A stretch of DNA of 64,000 bases, from NCBI RefSeq assembly GCF_000372725.1, contig NW_005201092.1, positions 232,395-296,394 on the forward strand. The letters are read 5' to 3'. Made by a program: the position numbers and the translations under genes. Source of the stretch: Emiliania huxleyi CCMP1516. Its lineage: Eukaryota. Shown here piece by piece: positions 53,701 to 64,000 of the stretch. The notes beneath the pieces were generated by a model, which was given only the letters and a program-made list of their open reading frames with translations, did no database searches and was not told where the DNA came from. Position 1 is the stretch's first letter. Each line of letters opens with the position of its first letter.

Positions 53701-54732
53701 GCAGCCCACGCCGCAGAGGAGGAGCCGCCGGATCGACTCGTCTGCAGCGACCTCGTCGAGCACCTGTTCACAGCCGCGGCTGCTGTGAAGAGACGCCGTT
53801 CGCAGCAGCGCCGTGAGGAGCGTGTCTGCGCTCGGATGGTCTCGACGGATTTGATCTCGACATATCTCGACCGGCCTCGGCGGATATCGGCCGATCTCGA
53901 GCGATCTCGGCGGATCTCGGCGGATCTCGACTCATCTCTACTCATCTCGGCGGACGTCGGCGGATCTCGGCGGATCTCGGCGGATCTCGGCGGATCTCGT
54001 CGGATCTCGGCGCCTCCAGCGACGGGCACAGCGACGGCTTGACGCGCCGTCCCTGCAGCACCTCTTCCGCGCTGCGGCAGAGAACCTGCTCGCAGCGCGG
54101 GGCTGTGAAGAGACGCTGTTCACACACGCCTCTGCTGCGAGGCGGCATCTCACCTGTTCGTAGGGCGGGCCGCTGTGAGGTGACAGCGCACAGCAGACAA
54201 CTACGACCTCCGCAGCGACGCGGCAACTCACCGGCTTCGGAGAACCGAAGCCCGAGCCGGCCGCCTGGGCGCCGGTAACCACGACGGCATCCACCTCTGC
54301 TCTCTCGAGCCAGGCGAGGGCGATGCCTACGGGACGCGCACTGCTCGTCTGCGACGGTCAAGCCGAGGCGTGTGCTCGAGGAGAGCGAGAGAGGCGTCGC
54401 TCGCCGGTGGCGACGCCCGTCCACTGAGCGTTGTTCAGGAAGCCGCGCGCGAGGACGATCTCTTCGTGCACGCCAAAGTGAGCCTCGTCAAGATCGTCGG
54501 CGGCGGCGTCGAAGCGGCGTGCTCGGCCGTGCACCGGCTCCTCGAGCCGCTCCGCTCTTGCCATGCCGTCGCCGATGAAGGCGCACGCCTCCGTGACGGA
54601 CGTGACGCCCGTGGCGCTGCGGCAGAGGCCGCAGTTGGAGCAGAGGTCCTTGGCCGGAAAGGCCTGAGGCCACGGGCCAGTGATTGGCCTGGCATTGCTC
54701 GCAACAGACAAGAGCAGCGAGAAGAGCGACAT
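50764..54732 (-). CDS. HCAR / BciB-like ferredoxin-dependent reductase (F420 hydrogenase beta-subunit family), multi-exon
   Basis: PAKDLCSNCGLC...EACAFIGDGM, AQWTGV, RRLLFCGVGCAVQALR, YEFMADFRVH, IAPSCFACFDYTNGLADLVVGYMG, VRNARG, GIEFAR, YSIDYHYVRN. Hydrophobic N-terminus. Confidence 0.9.
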
Positions 54733-54806
54733 TGTTCAGAAAAAAGAAAACAGTCGCGACGCTCTCGGTTTCATTACAAAATCGGAGTCGCGCAAGGCGA
54801 AAGAAG

Positions 54807-56060
54807 CTGCGAGAACAAGGGACCGGCAGGCGGCGGCGTCGCAGGACGAGGCAGAAGAGAACGACGCGACAGAGGAGGAAGTGACAAGGGAGAGAGAGAG
54901 AGAGAGAGAGAGCTCTCTCTCTCTGACAAGGGAGAGACCGACGAGAGTGGGACGGCCGCGAGGTGGCATGAAGGTTGCAGCGAGAAGCGGCGAGAGACTG
55001 CGAAAAGAGATACGAAGAGGCAGACTCCCCAGGGTGGGCGACGGCTAGCGCATCACACTAGCGTGAGGACCTCTGCAAGTGAGGCCTCTTGCGGCAGAGA
55101 GTGATGACGTTTGTGACGCGGCTGCCGGTTGAGCTAGGGAGCCTGGCGATGGACGCCACCGCGACCCCTCGTGGCATCTCTCTCGCCGTCGGCGAGCTAG
55201 GGGCTCACGGACGGCCGACTTTTTATATGACCAGTAGGACAGCCAGTAGGACGAGCTAGGGGCTCGCGGACGGCCGAACGGGGTTGGTCCTGCAACGGCG
55301 TCTCGTGCGGAGCAGTGGTGTGCTGTCGCGCGAGTGTTGCAGGCGGGGGTCGAGGGACCTTCCCCTTTGCAATTAACAATGCTTTGGAATCTATGTGTGG
55401 ACATGACCTCGAGTGGAGCCCCAGTCCGTTACCGTTGGCTCTGGTGCATGTGCCGGTGCGTTTTTTTGAGAGAGAGAACCAACAAGAAATCACGACTCTC
55501 ACAGTCGTTTGTGCCTGTGTGCTAGGCTAGCGAGTAGCGTAGGAACAAGTCAACATCGGGACGAACGACGAAACATTAGGGCGCACAGAAGTCTTCGTCA
55601 GCTGCAAAAAGCTGCAAAAATTCAGAGCACAAGCAAGGGGTCATGTAGTCCCCTCAGACGCTGACGTGATCGCTTGTCATGTGTGGCGCAGATTCTCTTT
55701 CTCTTTTACCTGTGTTAGTGCCAGTCGCGCCAGTCCCGTGCCGCCGTGTTTCTTTAGAAAGAAAGAAAGAAAACAGACAACGCCGGCAAGGGAGGGATGG
55801 GAGGACGGCACGCCGCCACCACACAGGGATTTTAAGGAGAGGAGTGTGGTGCTAGCCGTCGCCCACCCTAACCCTTGGGCGTCTGCTTCTTCCTATCTCT
55901 CTTCGCAGTCCCTCGCCAATTCTCGCTGCAACCTTCATGCCACCTCGCGGTCGTCCCACTATCGTCGTTCTCTCTCCTGTCGCTTCATCCTCTGTCGCGT
56001 CGCTCTCCTCTGCCTCGTTCTGCGACGGCGCCGCCGCCTGCCGCTCCCTTGCTTCTCCTG
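54807..56060. repeat. Diverged inverted repeat; arms ~54807-55049 and ~55851-56060
   Basis: For example GAGGTGGCATGAAGGTTGCAGCGAGAA vs TTCTCGCTGCAACCTTCATGCCACCTC, and GGGTGGGCGACGGCTAGC vs GCTAGCCGTCGCCCACCC. Confidence 0.85.
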
Positions 56061-56124
56061 CCTCTCGGCGGTGTTTCTTTTGCGCAGCGAATTCTTTTTC
56101 CCACCTAAAATTCTTTTTCTCGCG

Positions 56125-57552
56125 ATGTCTGCCCCGCCGCGCCGCCGCTCGCGCAGCCTCGCGCCCGCTTCCACCGCCACTCCCTCGCCAAGCACGCCGC
56201 CGTCCACCCGCCTCCTCGACCTCCCCACGGAGCTCCTCGTGCGCGCCATCTCTCGCTGCGACCCCGCCGACATCGCTCGCGCCGCGGCCGTCTCGCTGCT
56301 CTTCCACGCCTCGCTCGCGCTTGAGGGCATCCGCTTGTGGGCGCAAGAGCGCGGCTTCGAGCTGCCGGCGCAGCCAGAGGGCGAGGGCTGCGCCGTGCGG
56401 TGGCTGTGCTTTGCTGCGCTGCTGAGCGAGTCCAACCCGCCGGCGAGGGTGGCGGCAGGCGAACATCACAGCATCTTTGTCGACGGCGAGGGGCGGCTCT
56501 CGTCGTGCGGCACGGCGCCGGCCTGGACTCCAGCGCTGCTCGGGCACGGCGAGGGCGTGACGCGGCTCAACACGCCGACGCGCCTCCCCTCGGCGCTGGT
56601 CGACGAGCGCGCCGTGAGCGTGTCGGCGGGATGGGCGCACAGCCTCGCCCTCTCCGCCGACGGAGCTGTCTGGAGCTGGGGCGCTGGAAGCCACGGCAAG
56701 CTGGGCCACGACAATTGGCAGAACCAGCTGCTGCCCAAGAAGGTCGAGGCCTTGGCGGGCCAGCGCGTCGTCGCTGTGTCGGCGGGAGCATTCCACAGCC
56801 TCGGCCTCACCGCCGACGGCGCCCTTTGGAGCTGGGGCGGGCCAGCCGAGGGCCGGTTGGGCCACGGCGACCACCAGCGCCAGCTGCTGCCCAATAAGGT
56901 CGAGGCCTTGGCGGGGAGGCGCGTCGTCGCTGTCTCGGCGGGATTCGCGCACAACCTCGCCCTCACCGCCGACGGCGGTGTCTGGAGCTGGGGCTGGGGC
57001 TTTCAAGGCCGCTTGGGCCACGGCGACCAGCAGAACCAGCTGCTACCGAAGGAGATTGAGGCCTTGGCTGGCCAGCGCGTTGTCGTCGTGTCGGCTGGAG
57101 GCGCCCACAGCCTCGCTATCACCGCCGACGGCGTTGTCTGGAGCTGGGGCGGTGGAACCTATGGCAAGCTGGGCCACGGCGACCAGCAGCGCCAGCTGCT
57201 GCCCAAGAAGGTCGAGGCCTTTGCGGGCAGGCGCGTTGTCGCTGTGTCCGCTGGGAATTACCACAGCCTCGCCCTCACCGCTGACGGCGCCGTCTGGAGC
57301 TGCGGCGAGGCAGCCGAGGGCCAGGTGGGCCACGGCGACACGCAGAGGCAGCTGCTGCCGAAGAAGGTCGAGGCATTGGCTGGCCAGCGCGTCGTCGCTG
57401 TGTCGGCGGGAGAGCGGCACAGCCTCGCCCTCACCGCCGACGGCGCCGTCTTCACGTGGGGCAAGGGCGGCCACGGCTGCCTGGGCCACGGAGAGGACCT
57501 GTCGGACCACCTGCTGCCCAAGAAGATCGAGGTGTGGGCGCCGGGGCAGTGA
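56125..57552 (+). CDS. F-box-like plus seven RCC1-repeat protein, intronless
   Basis: LLDLPTELLVRAI F-box-like motif. Seven ~52-aa repeats of VSAGxxHSLALTADGxVWSWGxGxxGxLGHGD. Confidence 0.92.
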   Translation: MSAPPRRRSRSLAPASTATPSPSTPPSTRLLDLPTELLVRAISRCDPADIARAAAVSLLFHASLALEGIRLWAQERGFELPAQPEGEGCAVRWLCFAALLSESNPPARVAAGEHHSIFVDGEGRLSSCGTAPAWTPALLGHGEGVTRLNTPTRLPSALVDERAVSVSAGWAHSLALSADGAVWSWGAGSHGKLGHDNWQNQLLPKKVEALAGQRVVAVSAGAFHSLGLTADGALWSWGGPAEGRLGHGDHQRQLLPNKVEALAGRRVVAVSAGFAHNLALTADGGVWSWGWGFQGRLGHGDQQNQLLPKEIEALAGQRVVVVSAGGAHSLAITADGVVWSWGGGTYGKLGHGDQQRQLLPKKVEAFAGRRVVAVSAGNYHSLALTADGAVWSCGEAAEGQVGHGDTQRQLLPKKVEALAGQRVVAVSAGERHSLALTADGAVFTWGKGGHGCLGHGEDLSDHLLPKKIEVWAPGQ

Positions 57553-57929
57553 TGAGAAGGGCGAAAGTGCCCAAGGCTCTGTGTGTCCGTCCGGGCCGCC
57601 GCCACCTGCGAACGTATCCGAGAGAGGAGAGAGGCGAATCCGCGCCGACCGCCGACAGAGGGGGGGGGGTATGCAAAAAAAGCACCCTGGTCCCCCCCTA
57701 GACAGCCATGCCCATGGATGCATGAAAGGATATTTTACAAAATAAAAGCGCGGCTCAGCAGTGCGCACGGACCGCACGCCGCGATTCACACGACTCACTG
57801 CGTGCGGCCCTTCCCAGGCATTCAGTCTAGCCCGCACTTTTGCGCGGCCGTCATCGGTTCGACCTCGACCATGTCCAACGCCGGCTTGCCATACTCGGCG
57901 AACGCCGGCCCTCCCACCCGCACGAGCGC

Positions 57930-60900
57930 CTATGCGCACAAGTCGCGGACACGGTCCTCACCGGACGTGCCGTGACTCGGGTCCGGCCGTCCTCGCGCGG
58001 AAAGGTTCTGTCGCGCCCGTCGCACGCCCCTCGCCGCCGCGGGCGGCAGGAGCGCCTCGGGAAGCCGCGAGAGGCGGCCGCGGCGCCGCACGAGGCAGAG
58101 GGCGACGAGGGCGAGGAGGGCAGCGGCCGCGGCGATCGCCGCCGGCAGCGGCTCGATCAGGACTGGAGGGGCCAGCGGCGGCGGGGCAGACGGCGGAGGC
58201 GACGGAGGCGGCGTCAGCGGCGGCGCGGGCGGACGGCCCGGAGGGGCGGACGGCGGCGGCGACTGGGGCGGCGGCGGCGGCGAGGGCGGCGGCGGCGAGG
58301 GCGGCGACGAGGGCGGCGCTGGGGGGAGGGAGGGCGAGAGCGGCGGCGGCCGTGGCGGCGGCCGTGGGGCGATGCAGGTCCCGCACTCGTCTGGAAACTC
58401 GGTCCCGACCTGATGGGGGGGGAGGGGGGGGGGAAGCGGGGCATGTAGACACAGTGGCGGCTGTCTCCAGGCGCCAGGTCGGGCGGGGCAGGGAGGGTCC
58501 GAGCTATCCCCCGGTTTCGAGCTGCGGGGGGGGGCTAGGTCCTCCGGAGGAAGACGGCAGGGGGGCCCTGCTCTGTCTTGCACCGATCGACCTCCGAGCA
58601 AGGCCCCCCGGAGCGCACGCGCTGGGGGAGGGGCGCGGCGAACCTGCACGCACGCGGCGCTCTCGTCCTCGCCTTTGGAGGTGACGAGGAACTCGATCCG
58701 ACCGCCTATTCGCACGGATGTGGTGTGAAGATTCGCTGCTCGCAGCTCGGGCCGCTTGCACGGCCGTTTCATCGAGCCTGTGTTAACACACACACAGACG
58801 CGTGAAGAGGCGCTGTTCAATGCTCGTCCTTGGGCGCAGCTTGGTCCGCGAGCCGCAAGTGTGGCCGTCCGCGGAGGTCTGCAGCACAGCGCTGTCGCAG
58901 CCGCACCACTGCCGAGCGCGGAAGAGGCTACAGGAAGGTTCAGAGACGATGCAAAGAGTCAGGCTCGAATCGCCGTACCGCAGCAGCGGCAGCAGTGGCA
59001 GTCGCCCGCGCAGGACCGCCTCCGTGTCGCGCGGCCGGAGCACGTCGATCGGGTACTCGGCCGGGGCCGCGTAGAAGCCTGGCCAGGTGTAAGAAGGGCT
59101 GCAGTGGTGAGAGGCAAGGAGGGCGCGAGGGCTGAGCTTGGCTCGTCACGGTCTGAGAGGCAGGCGGGAGCCCCGGCGCATCTAAGGCAGTCGACGCCTT
59201 GCTGCAGCCCCCGCCAGGCGACGGCTCTGCCGCTTCCGGGCTCGAGCTGGTACACCCCGAGCAGCGTCTCGCTCTTGCCCCAGATGACCTTCCACGCCTC
59301 GTCGCAAAACTCGAACCAGAACAGGCCGAGCGGTGCACCTGATCATACCACCGCACGCCGCCCTGACCACAAGCTCCTCTGTGGCACTCTCGCACGACCG
59401 CGGCCCGCAGATTGAGGCGCGCCGTCGTACCGATCCGTGCACGCGTGGACTTGCGCCGCGTAGCCAGACGTGTCGGGCGTTAGCTGCTTCTCGCCCACAA
59501 GGTGCTGGTCGCCTTGCGCGGGGCGGGAAATACGCCGGGGACGCGTCATAGAGGGGACGGCCGCGGTGCCGGTCTCCCCCTCACAGTGCTGGTCTCCGTT
59601 GGTGTCGCCCCGACCTCTCACTGCGAAGACGTCTCATCGCCTCGGCTTCAGATCTCTCGGCTACATCTCGGCTAATAACATGTTGCCGATCTCGGTGACG
59701 AGCGTGTCGAGGGCGGCGAGGTGGCCCATCCCCGCCCGACGCAGCGAGCCCGCCAGGTTGAGATGCAAGTTCTCCGGCACCTACTCCCATGCCGTCAGGA
59801 CTGGAAGCAGCTCATTCATCGCCCAAGACTGAAGCGCTGCCTCTGGGGTGCCTGATCCGAAGAAGCCAGAAAGCTGATTGACTGGTTCGTTGCCACAGAG
59901 GGTTTTGTTACTGCGGCTCCGAGTGCCGGGCTCGAGCCGAAGACGTCGCGACGGAGGACGACGCCGTCGATATACGTCTGCACGCAAGTGATCTGTTCAC
60001 GGCCGCATCCAATGTGAAGACACGTAATTGACAGAAAGCCGAGGAAGTGTCCACAGATTGAGGTTACCAGCCGCGCACGCGCCACCTCCTCGCCGAGCCG
60101 TGTCCAGAAGGCTGAGTAGACGTCGCACAGGAAGCCGCCGGGCAGCTCGGGGCATCGGAATGTGGCTCTGACGGCGAAGGAGACTGGCGAGCCGATCGCA
60201 GGGAGAGAGGCCTCTGGCCAGCCCGCCGCCCTCTCCGCCTGCGGTCGGCGGGGGGACGGGCGAGTGGGGTGCGAGGGCAGAGTCGCGTCGTCCCCGCAAT
60301 TTATCACCCGCCTCTACAAGATCGGACGCCACCCCGGCCAGCTCGTCCGCCATCCGCCTATAGCCCGAGAGAGCAGCCGAGTCCGCATAGATCATGCCGA
60401 GATATCAGCCAATTCTCGTCTGCGTCATCACACCTCGCCGCCGCCCTCTCGTCGCCGCCGAGGCCAACCTGCAAATTTGGAAAGGATGTGATGTATCTAT
60501 AGATATGTGTGTGTGTTGCGTGCGTGCGTGCTTACACCTGCAGGTCCTCCTCGTTCCCGACCAGCCAGACCCCGATGACGTCCGTAAAGTCCTTGGCCTC
60601 CGCCACCACCGCCTCGAGCGCGGCACGGTCCCACGCGCCGCGCCGGAACGAGATGGCCACCATCAGGCCGAGCGAGCGGAGCTCGGAGAGGAAGGCGCGG
60701 TGGCCGCCGAGCCGCGCCTGGTCCGGGCTCCAGTTGTACACACGGATGAAGTTGCAGCCCAGCGCTGCGATGCGCCGCAGGTCGCCGCGCCCGCTCGACG
60801 ACCACTGCGAGGCGGGGCGAAGGGCGTCGAGAGAGGTTAGAGACGTGGTCGAGAGTGCAGCGGCGGGGATGGCGGACTATGTTGAAGATGGTGGCTTTCT

Positions 60901-61194
60901 GAAACCCGGGACGGCGACTGCCGGCGAGCGTGATTGCATGCACGCATGACCTGACGCTATCGAAAAGCCAGGACGGCGACAGGCGGACAGTCACGCTTGC
61001 TGGCGATTGGTGGCGGTGGCGGCTATCGCATGCACCTGCGGCGCAAAATCGTCGGAGAAGAAGTCGCCGTCCCAGAAGAGCTCCGGCTTGAATGCGGGCA
61101 TCGGGCGGCCATACAGCTTGGAGGCGTATGTGTGCGGGTGTGGCGCGTAGTTGATTCCGATCACGGGCGAAGGGAGAGCGGTGCGAGCGACCAT
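57930..61194 (-). CDS. Clan GH-A (TIM-barrel) glycoside hydrolase-like protein with Pro-rich stalk and C-terminal TM helix (multi-exon)
   Basis: GINYAP, DLRRIAALGCNFIRVYNW, WLVGNE (acid/base), FWFEFCDEAWK, then poly-Pro and AAIAAAAALLALVALCLVRRR. Ends are approximate. Confidence 0.7.
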
Positions 61195-61414
61195 CGCAAC
61201 ACTGCCGAGCACACAGCTTCCATAATCATCTCGAGAAAAAGAAAAACAGTTACGCCACAGTTGAAGCGAGGAAACAGGAGAGATATTACCAATTGACTTG
61301 TCGAACGCCAATGCGCACAAAATGAGCCAAGTAATCGATGTATGGCGCTCACCGCATATGGACAAACGACATAAACGATGCACAAACGATGCACAGCTCA
61401 GCATAAACGACTGC

Positions 61415-62165
61415 TGTCAAAAGGAGAGTCGATCAATCCTAACAAACAAATCTCTCTCTCTCAATCCTTCCTCCGCTTGCGGCGCGGATGCGTCGCGCCT
61501 CTTGCGGCATCTTCCTGCTGCGCTCACCGATACTCGAGCACAAACTGCCCCCGACTCGCCGTGCGAGGTAGTCCGAGGTAGCTGCAGGGCCGATCCAACT
61601 AGTGTCAGACACATCAACGGTCGGCTGGACGTCCTCAGATCACAGAGGTCCTCACTACGGAGGGGAGCTCGGCGTGCTGCGAAAAAAGAGAATTAGAGAA
61701 ACACTCGCGCGCACAACAGTGAAAAAAATCACTACGGTAACACAGGAAAACGAGCGACCATTGCAATAACAATGAAGCAACAAGCTAGAAAAAGAAACCC
61801 GAGCATCTTTAATCCAGCTGGATCAATCATGCGGCACCGGGGGAGTCGTGGACGCACAAACGACAAGCACATGACAAAAAAATCTCTGTATGGAAAAAAC
61901 AGCTGCCACCGGCGACAAGCACAAAACAAAACAAGCACATGTACATGCACATATGTCAAAAGGAGAGTCGATCAATCCTTCCTCCGCTTGCGGCGCGGAT
62001 GCGTCGCGCCTCTTGCGGCATCTTCCTGCTGCGCTCACCGATACTCGAGCACAAGCTGCCCCCGACTCGCCGTGCGAGGTAGCTGCAGGGCCGATCCAAC
62101 TATCAATGATAGTGGCAGACACAACGGTCGGCTGGAGGTCCTCAGATCACAGAGGTCCTCACTAC
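61415..62165. repeat. Direct repeat pair, 61415-61658 and 61954-62165
   Basis: Both copies start TGTCAAAAGGAGAGTCGATCAATCCT and end GTCCTCAGATCACAGAGGTCCTCACTAC. The spacer is A-rich, ~295 bp. Confidence 0.88.
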
Positions 62166-62851
62166 TAGGGGGGGTGGGGGGGGGGGGCTTGTGATCCGCC
62201 ACCCTAGCTTACGATGGATAGTATCTTTACGCCCAGGCAGGGACAAACATCTAAAGCTAAGGGAGACTCGCCGATCTCGATGCCAGCAGTGCTCACCAAG
62301 ACGTCCTCATAAATCAAGCGTGTGGTCGGCTCATGAGAGGTCCTCACTCAGCTTCAGAGGTCCTCATCCTTTCGACCACGCTCTCTCCTGCTGGCGCATA
62401 CTGAAAGGCAGCGCACCTCCTCGGCGCACGTTCCAGCCCTCAGAGGGCCAAAACTGTCGTGAGAATGTGAGTCCGTTGACCCCAATCCTCATGAAGCAAG
62501 CTCAAGGCTCATGAAGCAAGCTCAGGTATGACAATGGGAGCTGCTCCTAGATTCAATCGCCGTCGAGGAGCAATCAGATGTGGGTTGTCTTGTGTGTGCG
62601 TTGTCTTGCGCCGTCGTCATTTTTTTAAGAGTGAATCTTTAATGAAATGTTGTCATTGCATTTTTCTAGATATGTGCGGCCTTCCTCGCAACACTTGCTA
62701 AAAATCTCTCAACATCGACCCCCCAGTGATATCTTAAATTGGTGAAGTAATTTCTTCTGCAATAACGACGTGACTGTGTCTCTGTGCGATTTCGGGATTG
62801 TTGGTTTATGATCTTTGACTTTGTGAACGGCGGCTGAACGCCGTTTCCACG

Positions 62852-63335
62852 ATGGATGCGAATTCTGTGGTGAAGACTCAAGAGGTCGTCGGCGCCTGGA
62901 CGGGCTGGGACACGCTCCCCCCGAACTGTTCCGGCCCAGTCGTCGAGGACGAGTGGCGGCACGACTACCTCCTGCGCCTCGAGACGGGAGAGATCTTCCA
63001 GCTCAAGGCGCGCGCGCCGGAGTCGTCGGCTCACGCTCGCTCCAGAGACAGCACTCTCTCGTGCACGCGAGCCGGAGGGCTGCAGTGCCGCGGGCCCATG
63101 CGTAGCACACAAAACAGAGTGCGTGAGCTTCGGATCGCCTGCGCCATGTATGTCTGTATGTCGCAGCGCACCACACCGCCACGCCGACAGCCACGACTGA
63201 CCTCCTCTCCTCTCCTACTCGGCTCGCAGAAGCCCCCGCCGCCAAAGAAGCTGCCGAACGGCAGGACGAAGCGCATCATCACGAGCCGTGCAGGCGCAGC
63301 ACAGCCGCGCGCACTCACACACAGCCACACACGCA

Positions 63336-63370
<35 letters not shown>

Positions 63371-64000
63371 GCACGCACACATGCACGGCCAAGCCGCCCT
63401 AGCCGCGTAGCACACTGCCGCTAAGTCGAGCCGCGATGACGCCTCTCCGCGCCTTGCGTGCCATGCGAGCAGGCAGCATCTACCGCGGGCTTCTCACGGC
63501 GGCGCGTGCCGAGGGAGCGAAAGGCAAACCGCGATGATGTCCTCCTCGAAACACGGTGCATCAGCCTCCCGTGAACCTTCCGAGAACTTTCCTCTCCAGG
63601 CACCGTCCTCATCCACACGGCGGACGGGTGCCGCGAGGAGCGGCCGGTGCCGCACTTTGCAAACTGCCGCCTGGCGCGGCTCGGAGGCCACCAGGCCGGC
63701 CCTTCGACGCGAGTGGTGCTGTTGGCTTTTAGCCTGCGGACGACTGGGTGTGAACGGCGTCTCTTCACAGCTCGGGTGTGTGTGAGCAGGTGTGGCCGAG
63801 CCTGCGCTGACGACCGGGTGTGTGTACGGCGTCTCTTCACAGCTCGGGGGCGTGTGAGCAGGTGTGGCCGAGCCTGCGGATGACCGAGGCCGAGGCGTGG
63901 CAGCGCTCCTCGCCCTTCTTGGGCGCCGAAGGCCCCTCGGCCATTCCGTGGGAAGCGCGCAAGCCGCAGGCGGACTGGCCGAATGCACGCTAATACTCTT
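62852..64000 (+). CDS. Hypothetical spliced gene running off the window, possibly GT90/CAP10-like
   Basis: Plus-strand acceptors. Exons read LIHTADGCREERPVPHFANC and VWPSLRM...IPWEARKPQA (weak PW..KK-like motif). Confidence 0.3.

Noticed and set aside
56125..57552. UVR8 photoreceptor
   Set aside because: Lacks the GWRHT motifs and has an F-box-like N-terminus.

Overview
GC-rich, intron-dense eukaryotic nuclear DNA with three N gaps. Frequent GC-AG introns, 10-11-bp intronic tandem repeats, a TTAGGG array, plastid-type genes and the ankyrin/RCC1/LRR gene types suggest a haptophyte such as Emiliania (Gephyrocapsa) huxleyi (inference). Recognisable genes: mitochondrial carrier, Ser-less phospholipase/carboxylesterase, MGDG-synthase/UgtP-like GT28, lysyl-tRNA synthetase, HET-like/LRR protein, SDR, ARP2 (truncated, abutting an ankyrin gene), an ~11-kb SMCHD1-like gene (GHKL ATPase plus SMC hinge), HCAR/BciB-like reductase, F-box/RCC1 protein and a clan-A glycoside hydrolase. 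SET, JmjC and tyrosinase genes are present only as fragments. Mobile DNA includes a 752-bp foldback element with a 9-bp TSD, RLE-type non-LTR retroelement pieces, an RT fragment joined to telomeric repeats and two tailed repeat families. Main leads: (1) many introns consist of a duplicated exon edge plus filler; (2) a ~45-nt hairpin module supplies 3' splice sites in unrelated genes; (3) an RLE retroelement may target a T-rich motif found upstream of start codons; (4) the SMCHD1-like gene; (5) a possible in-frame ARP2-ankyrin chimera. All family calls are by-eye motif recognition without database searches, and exon boundaries are approximate.
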